Shown here piece by piece: positions 20,001 to 27,769 of a DNA stretch of 64,000 bases. Numbering within the stretch: the stretch's first letter is position 1; each line of letters opens with the position of its first letter. The notes beneath the pieces were generated by a model. It did not search any database and was not told the origin of the DNA. It saw only the letters and a program-made list of their open reading frames with translations. The stretch is taken from the sequence record OR413575.1; one strand, 5' to 3'. A program made the position numbers and the translations under genes.

Positions 20001-20655
20001 AAACGTCATTGATTTCTGGTGGGATAGTCAACAATGGTATCACGATAAGTTTGGTGTACTGGGCCCTGGTGCATCGGCATTTGTTTGGGATCGTTGGGAT
20101 AAACCTGCTAATGAAGAACCTAACACATGGACAATGTGGCACTTCGGTGATTCGGAAGCGTGGTCTGGTTATCAGCCCCGTGCGTTCTACGGTGCGGTGA
20201 TGATGCACAGCGTAATGAAGGAAGAAGGTTTTGATATTCCTCCTAAATTAACTGAATACATTACTAACTGGCTAACCTACCTACAAGACTTTGTTTCCAC
20301 TAACAAAGTTGTCCCTACCGAATTCCCTATGGATAAAGCTCCCGTTCCTATCGAGAATGACTTTACCGGGCACATGTCAGGATTATACTTGGCAGGTATC
20401 AGTAGAGCTTATCTATCCGGTATTAGGGTACCTGGCCATATAACGTTAGCTAAACTTGTCTACGATGAGATCCTAGCTAACTATATCCAGAATCCTGAGA
20501 ACCCAGATACGATGAACGGCGGATGGAGTCCGTGGGGTGACCCAGGTAACAATGGCGCGAATGGTATGTTCTTCGGCTTTTGGGCTGGTGAACTACTGAG
20601 AGGACTGGGCTGGTACCAACGACTTATCCAGTATATGTTTATGGACGAGGCATAA
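17026..20655 (+). CDS. Large putative virion protein with split GH8-like glycoside hydrolase domain
   Basis: ATTEGQS matches the GH8 T-S-EGQ catalytic-Glu motif; GNASDAEQWF resembles the GH8 A[ST]D[AG]D signature; inserted beta-rich segments. Confidence 0.65.
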   Translation: MNKPWWEENPDDYIDKMNKGNIKKVDNDDVDIEFRQDGIYAVANSERVEGEMKLNVGQRLIQNFTGQEALIFTEENYKNGSKTRSQLLTEIRRDTGLELPDSMFKDLFKIVNPPTGGQQAPCFPIALEPNGTWMGGVTTPLIVENSYDINLLVVKAQSYIADVYPPVEDRNGQVIINTGRGYGCTIKPTVPGVYDIGLNISTSGVRIYLMRFENWGTYKLDMTQAGYPVEPLVYNFGQNTCHILFFKQFTTMRWIQLPADLSKPGVWKKAMSKLASVAMDDENIYRLMNGHVNFLNKNTGKYVDPKVDRFVINDTGVVVNNRHYTYNTRQEGQPDGDATTEGQSINIAGFIEAYRAADGRGSAAVAADWLSKAERLYDAYITAFYAGEQPPDTPARWASNWIVNGKAPVLAHYPLAPADEFPTHGGFKNIDVEFNAGIGRIPHGAPYWGEYLDVVGKAYRGLVGWNAINATIYQVNEDGSVNYNAKGVEYEVQGIYAWSMEIIESDGTKVADFSDPADIGMVVLKDKTVTGTVKMSFAVRLPVEHGGYMIQTNECQHNRPIQVPVASKYKGNASDAEQWFCEVAYDLWKITGNDKYRKAYLASLYTIMEYVFVDANDKFFRQVVGNSSPDTDGISYNYTYPSGVDIKYDRDENGYIRMRSEEANGVKITMEQNAIWFYVDNDSVLRVTYKGVDDAGRAMGATAVLILSPDKSDEKRTTYTFHLPAGSEEMSAIDLPLNSIVKPVEPNRGLLISQNDVTWHGGCNITTVQDGGPAPGQISTVMMANAIEGEELSFSCRISYPQTIRKVRYFSTFDANFRMEDTNGWRWWVMLPAGPDWQTKDILDNEWKLSAYQPNHPEATSTPSMPDWASPDDEFTILRGDGVNLVSDRFSIFGLNELPSEYGIQPGYTMLFNLTFAMEGTGTAYMGDCTIIGARNDALPYTPGVIPFSNNNIPDAPTFDSWRGQPYPGYQYPFFYCYQTLEENPDRDLMIKNVIDFWWDSQQWYHDKFGVLGPGASAFVWDRWDKPANEEPNTWTMWHFGDSEAWSGYQPRAFYGAVMMHSVMKEEGFDIPPKLTEYITNWLTYLQDFVSTNKVVPTEFPMDKAPVPIENDFTGHMSGLYLAGISRAYLSGIRVPGHITLAKLVYDEILANYIQNPENPDTMNGGWSPWGDPGNNGANGMFFGFWAGELLRGLGWYQRLIQYMFMDEA

Positions 20656-20704
20656 CAGAGAGGGGCACTGGCCCCTCTCTTATGCTCTTTCTAACTTTAC
20701 AATG

Positions 20705-20726
20705 AATATATATTACTTAAGTGAAG
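20705..20726 (+). promoter_or_regulatory. Early promoter
   Basis: AATATATATTACTTAAGTGAAG, consensus copy. Confidence 0.8.
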
Positions 20727-20753
20727 TAAATATTTAGTCCTGTAACATTAACT

Positions 20754-21224
20754 ATGCTACATGTATTAATCAATAGAGGGATTTGCTTATTCGGAGATAG
20801 TGAAATGTGTGTAGAGAAGAAAATTACTCTGAGTTCAGGTAATATATCAGTAACAATTACCAAGGATGAAGACGGCGAAGTTAGTCTGTCGATATACGGC
20901 GGGCGATTCACACTTCCTAAGTTCAAGGCTTATAACCTGAAGACTGCTCTGTACTTATTGCGGGGTTGGGTAGTGATAACAACCTCAGTAAACGAACGGG
21001 ATGACTTCAACATCCTGACTGAGTTGTTAGAAGATGAACTCGGCGGCGAAGTAATGATTGATGAACTGCCTTTTGTACGATTCGGGAATCTCTATAAGAT
21101 CGTTACCAATATAGAGGAACCGGATACGTGGTGGATCATTAACGAGACTACCAAAGAAGCAATGGCTTTCTCCGACTGCTGTGATGATTTCATGCGTTAC
21201 AGTTTCTTTAACCAACAGAGGTAA
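20754..21224 (+). CDS. Hypothetical early protein
   Basis: ORF directly after the promoter; start may be 20805. Confidence 0.6.
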   Translation: MLHVLINRGICLFGDSEMCVEKKITLSSGNISVTITKDEDGEVSLSIYGGRFTLPKFKAYNLKTALYLLRGWVVITTSVNERDDFNILTELLEDELGGEVMIDELPFVRFGNLYKIVTNIEEPDTWWIINETTKEAMAFSDCCDDFMRYSFFNQQR

Positions 21225-21228
21225 TATA

Positions 21229-21861
21229 ATGCAACCAATGCAAGGTATGGTATTTAAACATGGTGGTCAGATTTACGATGGTGGTGTCCTGATGGGCTAC
21301 TACCATGATCTGACAACGAACATCATGGTAAAAGAAAGATTCGATGCGCTGATCGTAATCAGTCATCCTGAATTTAAAGACTACGTATTCGCGGTCAGTT
21401 ATGCGCCTGCTGGTGCCAATGTTCTGTTACCTAACTCTAATCCATCAGGGTTCACTCGTAAGTTTGCGAATGCGATGGGTTTATCAGGTGACGGGTATAG
21501 CGCTCGTATGTGGCGTGGATTCCATGACTCTAACAAAGATGGGATCTACGATTCTATGGGCCGTTTGCTGTTCAACAAGGTTGTTGATCCAAGCCTCGGT
21601 AAGTTTGTTGATTACTCTGCGGAAACAGCTAACAAACTCGCATGGTTGATCACTAACTTCGGCGTTGTCTCTGGTCGTCGTTCATTAGAACGTCGTTTAG
21701 ATCGTAGTATCCCAGAAGACCGTATTTACGCCTACGATTGCAAAGGAGCGAAGTTGAGCGCTAAGGCTCCTCGTACTACCTTGACTAAGACTGAGCGCGG
21801 TCCTGGTGCTTCTAAGGCCATTAAACGCGGACGTTATCACAAAGTAGATAAGAAGGTGTAG
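21229..21861 (+). CDS. Hypothetical protein with basic C-terminus
   Basis: SD GAGG, start ATG 21229. Confidence 0.7.
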   Translation: MQPMQGMVFKHGGQIYDGGVLMGYYHDLTTNIMVKERFDALIVISHPEFKDYVFAVSYAPAGANVLLPNSNPSGFTRKFANAMGLSGDGYSARMWRGFHDSNKDGIYDSMGRLLFNKVVDPSLGKFVDYSAETANKLAWLITNFGVVSGRRSLERRLDRSIPEDRIYAYDCKGAKLSAKAPRTTLTKTERGPGASKAIKRGRYHKVDKKV

Positions 21862-21863
21862 TT

Positions 21864-22196
21864 ATGAACATTAACTGTACTGCTATCAAGGTAAGTTATC
21901 TGGAAGTTGGTGATACTGACCCGGATAACATCGCAGCGTCGTTCCTTAAAACTGGCGAAGCTAAACCTTCTCAGAAAGTTCATCATGAATTCTGGGAACC
22001 TTCCGAACCTATTTCTTTGATCGATTTTGTCGACCGGGAAGCAGGGACTATTAACATAGACCCAAATGCTCTCGCGCGGATGTGTCCTGAATTCCGTGAA
22101 TGGATTAAGGAACATCATTCTTTCCATCGCATCATTTACATGGACTGCAAATATGAAGCCTTCCTCGGCAGCAAAAGCCCTGACAAGAAAGGGTAG
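21864..22196 (+). CDS. Hypothetical protein (possible paralog of next gene)
   Basis: ISLIDFVDREAGTINI segment. Confidence 0.65.
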   Translation: MNINCTAIKVSYLEVGDTDPDNIAASFLKTGEAKPSQKVHHEFWEPSEPISLIDFVDREAGTINIDPNALARMCPEFREWIKEHHSFHRIIYMDCKYEAFLGSKSPDKKG

Positions 22197-22203
22197 TAAG
22201 TTA

Positions 22204-22581
22204 ATGGGTCGTGGAGATCGTGAAGACGTTCTTCTTGATACCATTGTATTGACTTACTCCGGTGTACGTCTTAATGAAGATGTGGCGTTAGGGCGTAATT
22301 GTTACGAACATGTCTATAAGGTTACTGGGCGTGTTGACGTAACAGATTTCATTTGTCCTGAAACTGGACGAGTGAAAGTAGAAATTGATTTTCTCACCAC
22401 ATCTGTGAAGGGATTCGCAGAATACGTCGAGCGTTATTTCCAAGACCGTCAAGTAGTAGCGATCAGTCTTGGACTTCGCGGCGACAAGTATAAAGTCGAA
22501 TGGCGTAAGAAACGCATCGGCGAAGTAAACGGGTTCGAGCGTAGTGCTCTGTCTAAAGCAATCAATCCTGAAAATAAATAA
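22204..22581 (+). CDS. Hypothetical protein (possible paralog of previous gene)
   Basis: VDVTDFICPETGRVKV segment; start ATG 22204. Confidence 0.6.
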   Translation: MGRGDREDVLLDTIVLTYSGVRLNEDVALGRNCYEHVYKVTGRVDVTDFICPETGRVKVEIDFLTTSVKGFAEYVERYFQDRQVVAISLGLRGDKYKVEWRKKRIGEVNGFERSALSKAINPENK

Positions 22582-22590
22582 GGTAATATC

Positions 22591-22836
22591 ATGAAACTGA
22601 CTCTGAAAAACGTAAAAGCAACTGTTACCAACATCGACGCTGTTGCAAAAACTGTGAACCTGGTTATTAACGGCGCTGCGCACCTGAACGTTAAGTTCGA
22701 AGGCGACCTGGCTAACATCAAACTGCTAGACACCATCCGCACCGATGCTGAAGGTGTTGTTCAGACTCAAGCTGAGTTCGACGCTGCTGCTAAAGCTGCT
22801 GCCGGTAAAGGTGCTGCCTTCTCCGCTAAATACTAA
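22591..22836 (+). CDS. Small Ala-rich, probably highly expressed protein
   Basis: Strongly biased codons (AAA, GCT, CTG, TTC, AAC); SD AAGG. Confidence 0.75.
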   Translation: MKLTLKNVKATVTNIDAVAKTVNLVINGAAHLNVKFEGDLANIKLLDTIRTDAEGVVQTQAEFDAAAKAAAGKGAAFSAKY

Positions 22837-22856
22837 TCAGCCAGGGACGTCGTGAA

Positions 22857-23147
22857 ATGGAACAGTTCCAACCTGGGATGATCGTTAAGATCGCCAAAGA
22901 CTATCCTGAATCCAATGTCGGGAAACGCGTCAAGTTAGTACGACGTGCCAATGACACCATTGCACTGCATGAAGAGTTTCCTCACAAGCGTGAACACTTT
23001 GCGCAGAATGGTTGGGTAGTCGACCCAGTAGATGACGTCGAAATGTACACCGATAAGGAACGTTCCAAAACTGCGGTAGTACGTCCTGGTGAGCTCTTCA
23101 ATAATCGTGAACTGATTATCCTACAAGAGCACATCGCTGCAATGTAA
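22857..23147 (+). CDS. SH3-like small protein
   Basis: FQPGMIVKIAKDYPESNVGKRVKLVRR. Confidence 0.6.
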   Translation: MEQFQPGMIVKIAKDYPESNVGKRVKLVRRANDTIALHEEFPHKREHFAQNGWVVDPVDDVEMYTDKERSKTAVVRPGELFNNRELIILQEHIAAM

Positions 23148-23203
23148 TTAAACGGGAGGGCTTCGGCTCTCCTATTGTGCTGTCTAATAGAGGATTATTA
23201 ATA

Positions 23204-23497
23204 ATGGAAAAATATCTACCCGGTCAAACCGTCGTAACTACCAAATCTATTCACCCCGAAAATATTGGTAAGCTGATGGTACTAGTCCGCCAAATTGAAC
23301 CTGAACTGGCTAAACTTATTAAAACTACATCTAACATGGAAGTTGGTGATTTAGGTGATTGCTGGGAGGTAACGCCTTTAGATAAGTTCACTTTATTCGA
23401 ACATCAGTCTAAAAGTGAGATCAGTGTTGACGCAGAGAGCCACTCAAATGGATGCACCACTGTCTACATTTTCTCCCATTACTTCAAGGCGGTATAA
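23204..23497 (+). CDS. SH3-like small protein, paralog of 22857..23147
   Basis: YLPGQTVVTTKSIHPENIGKLMVLVRQ. Confidence 0.6.
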   Translation: MEKYLPGQTVVTTKSIHPENIGKLMVLVRQIEPELAKLIKTTSNMEVGDLGDCWEVTPLDKFTLFEHQSKSEISVDAESHSNGCTTVYIFSHYFKAV

Positions 23498-23501
23498 CTA
23501 A

Positions 23502-24029
23502 ATGACTACGTTGATTTATAAAGACGGTTTCCTTTATGGCGACCGTCGTTACGGAGTACCTGCTAATAATGGTGTTAATATCTACATAGACCACCCTAAA
23601 ATCCACACACACGAGTCCAGACAGGTTGCCTTTGGGATTTGTGGTGATACTAAGTTCAAAGGCTCAGAAGGTGTTATAGGCGATGTAGTGCTAGCTAACG
23701 TTATTCAGATGGCTAAAGGGAACGAAGTGGATTGGCTCCCTTTGTTCAAGAAGTACCTCGGTATGGGCGGTACACTGATCGTCATTACCAAAACAACCGG
23801 GTACGCGATCTGTATGAATGATGATGAGAGTAGCTACACTCTTGTGGACCTTGATAACATTCCATTCTTTACGGTGGGCAGTGGGCAGAATGCGGCGGTT
23901 GCGTTATTGGCTACTGATACCGATATGGAGAAGGTTTATCCTATCATTGCACGCGTAGACGGAATGACCGGTTACAATCCGGATATTATCAAACGTAGCC
24001 GCTTATTAAAACTGAGGGTTCCTAAATGA
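23502..24029 (+). CDS. HslV/proteasome-beta-like Ntn-hydrolase
   Basis: N-terminal MTT (Thr nucleophile), G.LYGDRR, PKIH, CGD and VGSG..AAVALL motifs. Confidence 0.65.
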   Translation: MTTLIYKDGFLYGDRRYGVPANNGVNIYIDHPKIHTHESRQVAFGICGDTKFKGSEGVIGDVVLANVIQMAKGNEVDWLPLFKKYLGMGGTLIVITKTTGYAICMNDDESSYTLVDLDNIPFFTVGSGQNAAVALLATDTDMEKVYPIIARVDGMTGYNPDIIKRSRLLKLRVPK

Positions 24030-24628
24030 TTTTCATCTTACACGAAGGTAAGTTGTATTATCCTGATAAAGTAGTTAACGCATACGGTCAAGGTACTGGT
24101 GCTGATACGTGGCGTTGTTACAATAACTTCCACTTCTTCGCATTACAAGAAGCAGGTAATGCAGCAACTATTCATTACGCGATGAAAGCCTTCCGTTCAC
24201 CAACGATGACTACTTCTAGTGAGCAAGTGGGTATTTATATCGATGTGATGGGCATGATCACTTGTCTCAGTACAAAAGCAAAAATTCATACTCCGGAAAA
24301 CAACGGTCATACGGAGATCTTACATACTCCATTGTTGCGCAATATCGATAACCCTATGGATGGCTGGACTATTGTAGCGGCTAACCACCGTCTTTATGAC
24401 ATGGCTGCGGCGTTAATGTATAAGGATTCATCTAAACCATACGCGGTTATCTCTAAGGTAATGGAGCTTGATGGTGTTCCCGGTTATAGGAATATTGTAA
24501 GTGTTCCCGTCGACCGAGTTACTAAGATGCTTAAAGAATCTTATATAAGCACCGACGAGCACATCAATGATTCTCAGTGTATGGATCATCAATTCTATTT
24601 ACAGTCTCGTTTAAACGGTAAAAAATAA
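24026..24628 (+). CDS. Degenerate paralog of the HslV-like protein
   Basis: ILHEGKLYYPD and MAAALMYKD...MELDGVPGY align with the upstream gene; no N-terminal Thr. Confidence 0.5.
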   Translation: MIFILHEGKLYYPDKVVNAYGQGTGADTWRCYNNFHFFALQEAGNAATIHYAMKAFRSPTMTTSSEQVGIYIDVMGMITCLSTKAKIHTPENNGHTEILHTPLLRNIDNPMDGWTIVAANHRLYDMAAALMYKDSSKPYAVISKVMELDGVPGYRNIVSVPVDRVTKMLKESYISTDEHINDSQCMDHQFYLQSRLNGKK

Positions 24629-24726
24629 AGTCACTTGTATTATCTATGAAGAGTAACGACCTTCAATCGTTGGGGAGTAACGAACCTTAGCGAGCCATAA
24701 TAGATTCCTTATAAGACATTGTCTTG

Positions 24727-24756
24727 GGCACCTTCGGGTGCCTTCTTTTTTTTTGT
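24727..24756 (+). terminator. Rho-independent terminator
   Basis: GGCACC-TTCG-GGTGCC plus T-run; hairpin identical to those at 13446 and 53374. Confidence 0.85.
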
Positions 24757-24815
24757 CTGAATCGATATAACAACTATTGCGATGGCATCTTGTGTGAATG
24801 CATAGGAGTGCTAAA

Positions 24816-25355
24816 ATGATAGAGGCAATGCTGGTAAGTGAAGCTCAGAAATCAGGGGGTGGGGGTATACCTACTACTCCTGAGGAATATTTAGATTTTA
24901 TTAATCAAGCGATTTGGTTGATACCTAATGGTGGGAATATCGATAGTGCGGGGAATAGCCCTGGGGATGCTTATACTGTGGGTTACACTAACTATGCTAA
25001 TCCTACTGCTACGGCTTTAAACTATGGTAGTCCATGGGGCGATGTGGCGCAGTGGGGTTTTCATGATTATCGATTGCTACAGCACTGTGCTTACGATTTA
25101 GATACGTTCAGGGATATAGTAGCTAATATCCCGCGTGTTCTTTATTATATTGGGCCTAGACAACCTCGTAATAGTTGGAACAGTGTTACTCACAACGAAT
25201 TTAAATCAACCGCGTTTAATGGGTATTCAATGGGGTTTGCTATTCTGGACTTTATATACTGGGATAGTCGTACCGGTAAAATGATGCGTAACAACCCTAG
25301 TCAACGTACTCTACCGCTTGAGTTCGATGGGGTACTGATCAAACCTTTCCGGTAG
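24816..25355 (+). CDS. Hypothetical protein, possibly virion-associated
   Basis: SD AGGAG; N-terminus MIEAML resembles MLESML of 45961..46449. Confidence 0.6.
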   Translation: MIEAMLVSEAQKSGGGGIPTTPEEYLDFINQAIWLIPNGGNIDSAGNSPGDAYTVGYTNYANPTATALNYGSPWGDVAQWGFHDYRLLQHCAYDLDTFRDIVANIPRVLYYIGPRQPRNSWNSVTHNEFKSTAFNGYSMGFAILDFIYWDSRTGKMMRNNPSQRTLPLEFDGVLIKPFR

Positions 25356-25387
25356 ATTCCTGTGTAACTTAGCACAGGAGACTACGT

Positions 25388-26047
25388 ATGTTACCATTAA
25401 ATCCCGCTATTCAATTTAAACCCCTTACCGCTGGAACATTCCGTAAGGCTGTGGGTTGTACTGAAGCTATCGCAGAAGCATGGTTCGAAGCCACTAATGC
25501 TGCTATGGTAGAGTTCGGTATTACCAAACCGCTTGATCAGGCAATGTTCTTGGCACAGGTCGCTCATGAATCAACTGGGTTCACTGCCATGGTCGAATCT
25601 TTCAACTACAGTAAGCAAGGGTTGAAACTAACCTTTGGACATAGGCTAACTGATGCTGAAATTGATAAATGGGGTCGTCAACCTGGTGAGAAGTCTGTTC
25701 CTATTGAACGGCAACGTCTTATTGCCAACAAGGTTTACGGTAACCGCATGGGTAATGTTCGCCCGGACGATGGCTGGAATTATCGTGGACGCGGTCCTAT
25801 ACAGACTACTGGTACTAATAATTATATTGCTACTGGTGATGCTCTGGGTGTGGATCTTTATACTACCCCTGACCTCATCACCAGTCCCGATGTAGGTATT
25901 CGTTCTGCAGCTTATTTCTATGTGAGCGCAGGTTGTCTGAAGTATACTGACGATATCGTTCGTGTAACCAAACTCATCAATGGTGGGGATAATGGGTTAG
26001 ATGATCGTAAGAAACGTTACGCGCTGGCTAAATCTGTGTTAGCATGA
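25388..26047 (+). CDS. Endolysin, glycoside hydrolase family 19
   Basis: FLAQVAHES (catalytic Glu), YRGRGPIQTTG..NY and TKLINGG.NGL.DR motifs. Confidence 0.9.
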   Translation: MLPLNPAIQFKPLTAGTFRKAVGCTEAIAEAWFEATNAAMVEFGITKPLDQAMFLAQVAHESTGFTAMVESFNYSKQGLKLTFGHRLTDAEIDKWGRQPGEKSVPIERQRLIANKVYGNRMGNVRPDDGWNYRGRGPIQTTGTNNYIATGDALGVDLYTTPDLITSPDVGIRSAAYFYVSAGCLKYTDDIVRVTKLINGGDNGLDDRKKRYALAKSVLA

Positions 26048-26082
26048 TTAATAACGAGCTCACTGTTTCAAGATGACTCCGC

Positions 26083-26112
26083 TGGGACCTTCGGGTCCCA
26101 CTTTTTTTTTGA
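26083..26112 (+). terminator. Rho-independent terminator
   Basis: TGGGACC-TTCG-GGTCCCA plus T-run. Confidence 0.85.
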
Positions 26113-26165
26113 CTCTTGCTCCGATTAGTATGTAAACCATACATTACTTATTGACTGAGGTTATT

Positions 26166-26849
26166 ATGCAATACATTCTCTCTATGCGTCAAGGTAACGC
26201 TTCTACTGCTGAATTTCAAACTTTCGTAGCTTCTATATTTGCAGCTGCGGCATGTCAAAAGATTCAACCGCTACATGAAGCACTTATCGCGATTGATACT
26301 CTGAATAAAAACATTCGCTGGGGATTACAAGAGCGCAACTCAAGCGATCTTACTATCTCTAACCAAGCGCGGCCTGTTGGTGAAGAACTACAATTCATTA
26401 TCAATATCGACTATCAGCCGTACGAACTCATTTTCGCGATGCCCGAATTCGCGGCGGGTACTAACCGTCAAATCATCGGCCACGTATTGTGTATCGAAGA
26501 CGATTATCGTTTGTATAAACCGTTTGACCCGCGTATCATGCGCCGTGCCAAAGGTAGTCTTAACCGTATTTGGGGATTAGACCTCTATGCGGGTAAAGAT
26601 GACCGTGGCGTCAGTATTAAACCTTTCCTTGAACGAGATACTAATGCACATGTCGAATCTCATGATCTCCAACCTTCAGTCGAAGTGCACTCAATGCATG
26701 GGGCTGGGTACTCTATCCTCATTCACCAGCTGGTTGCTAAGGTTCGTAAGGCGCATCCTGATTATGCACTTAGTGATCTGGTCCGCGTTACTGTCGGTAA
26801 TAATCCGGTACTGGTAGAAGTAGATTCTACTCACACCGAAGAAGGGTAA
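26166..26849 (+). CDS. Hypothetical late protein
   Basis: Late TAGTATG motif at ~26126; SD GAGG. Confidence 0.65.
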   Translation: MQYILSMRQGNASTAEFQTFVASIFAAAACQKIQPLHEALIAIDTLNKNIRWGLQERNSSDLTISNQARPVGEELQFIINIDYQPYELIFAMPEFAAGTNRQIIGHVLCIEDDYRLYKPFDPRIMRRAKGSLNRIWGLDLYAGKDDRGVSIKPFLERDTNAHVESHDLQPSVEVHSMHGAGYSILIHQLVAKVRKAHPDYALSDLVRVTVGNNPVLVEVDSTHTEEG

Positions 26850-26860
26850 GACAACATAAA

Positions 26861-26884
26861 CCCCCTGGCCATTTGGCCAGGGGG
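26861..26884. terminator. Bidirectional terminator between convergent genes
   Basis: CCCCCTGGCC-ATTT-GGCCAGGGGG perfect 10-bp stem. Confidence 0.8.
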
Positions 26885-26894
26885 AATGTGCCGC

Positions 26895-27758
26895 TTATGC
26901 AGACTTTTTGGCGCTGTTCATGTTCGGAACGTAGCCAGTGTAGTCGACCGCGTTAACGTCAGCTTCTGCTTTCTGAATCCAAGCAGAGCGGAAGTTAGGA
27001 TCGATACCGGTTTGGTTCGCTGCGTCTAAGAAACGCTGAGCCAGTTTACGTACGCCAACACCAACCTGCTGAATACAGGTAAAGGTGATAGAGTGCGTTA
27101 CTGATTCCGGAGTAGCAGTGATGTCACGACTACCTTCTACACGAGGACCTTGCATCGGCATCATGTTGGTGCAGAGCCAGGCTTCTACAACCCAACGTTC
27201 AGTCGGATCGGGTTCTACGAACAGTACAGTGAACGCCGTGTAGTCAGGATACAAACCGTAAGGAGTGTTACGACCACGGCTAACAACTGCCGGTACGTTG
27301 GTTTCCGGGTTACCCAGGAGGTTAAGGATATAACCGTTCCAGAAGTATTTAACCGGGGTACCGATTTTCTCAACCCATTCGAATTGAGGTTGGCTACGGT
27401 TACGACGAACCTTAGCCAGAGTCTGCATCATCTCACCGCCGCCGCCGAACGGGTTCTCGGAGTATTCAACTTCCAGAGACTGGTCCAGGCCAGAGATCGA
27501 GCGCGGGTGTAGTTCGATAAGTGCTTTGAGGCACGCAAGCCATTTTTCAGGGTTCGGTAGATCTTTGAATCCGGCCGGACCTTCCATCAGGAATGCGATT
27601 ACCGGGCGACGGGTGTAGTCAGCTGCACCGTGGTAGTAACGGATGTCAGTAACGTAACCCATCTGTCCAGAGTTGGTAAGGTCCGTTACCGGACCGTCGA
27701 TACCCTCAGCGTACGCCTCATTCTGCTTGAGGATCGTGTTGGCGTCTTTCTTTGCCAT
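26895..27758 (-). CDS. Tail tube protein (phiKZ gp30-like)
   Basis: 287 aa, immediately downstream of the sheath; size and synteny match recalled phiKZ-like tail tubes. Confidence 0.8.
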   Translation of the reverse strand: MAKKDANTILKQNEAYAEGIDGPVTDLTNSGQMGYVTDIRYYHGAADYTRRPVIAFLMEGPAGFKDLPNPEKWLACLKALIELHPRSISGLDQSLEVEYSENPFGGGGEMMQTLAKVRRNRSQPQFEWVEKIGTPVKYFWNGYILNLLGNPETNVPAVVSRGRNTPYGLYPDYTAFTVLFVEPDPTERWVVEAWLCTNMMPMQGPRVEGSRDITATPESVTHSITFTCIQQVGVGVRKLAQRFLDAANQTGIDPNFRSAWIQKAEADVNAVDYTGYVPNMNSAKKSA

Positions 27759-27769
27759 GATAATTCCCC

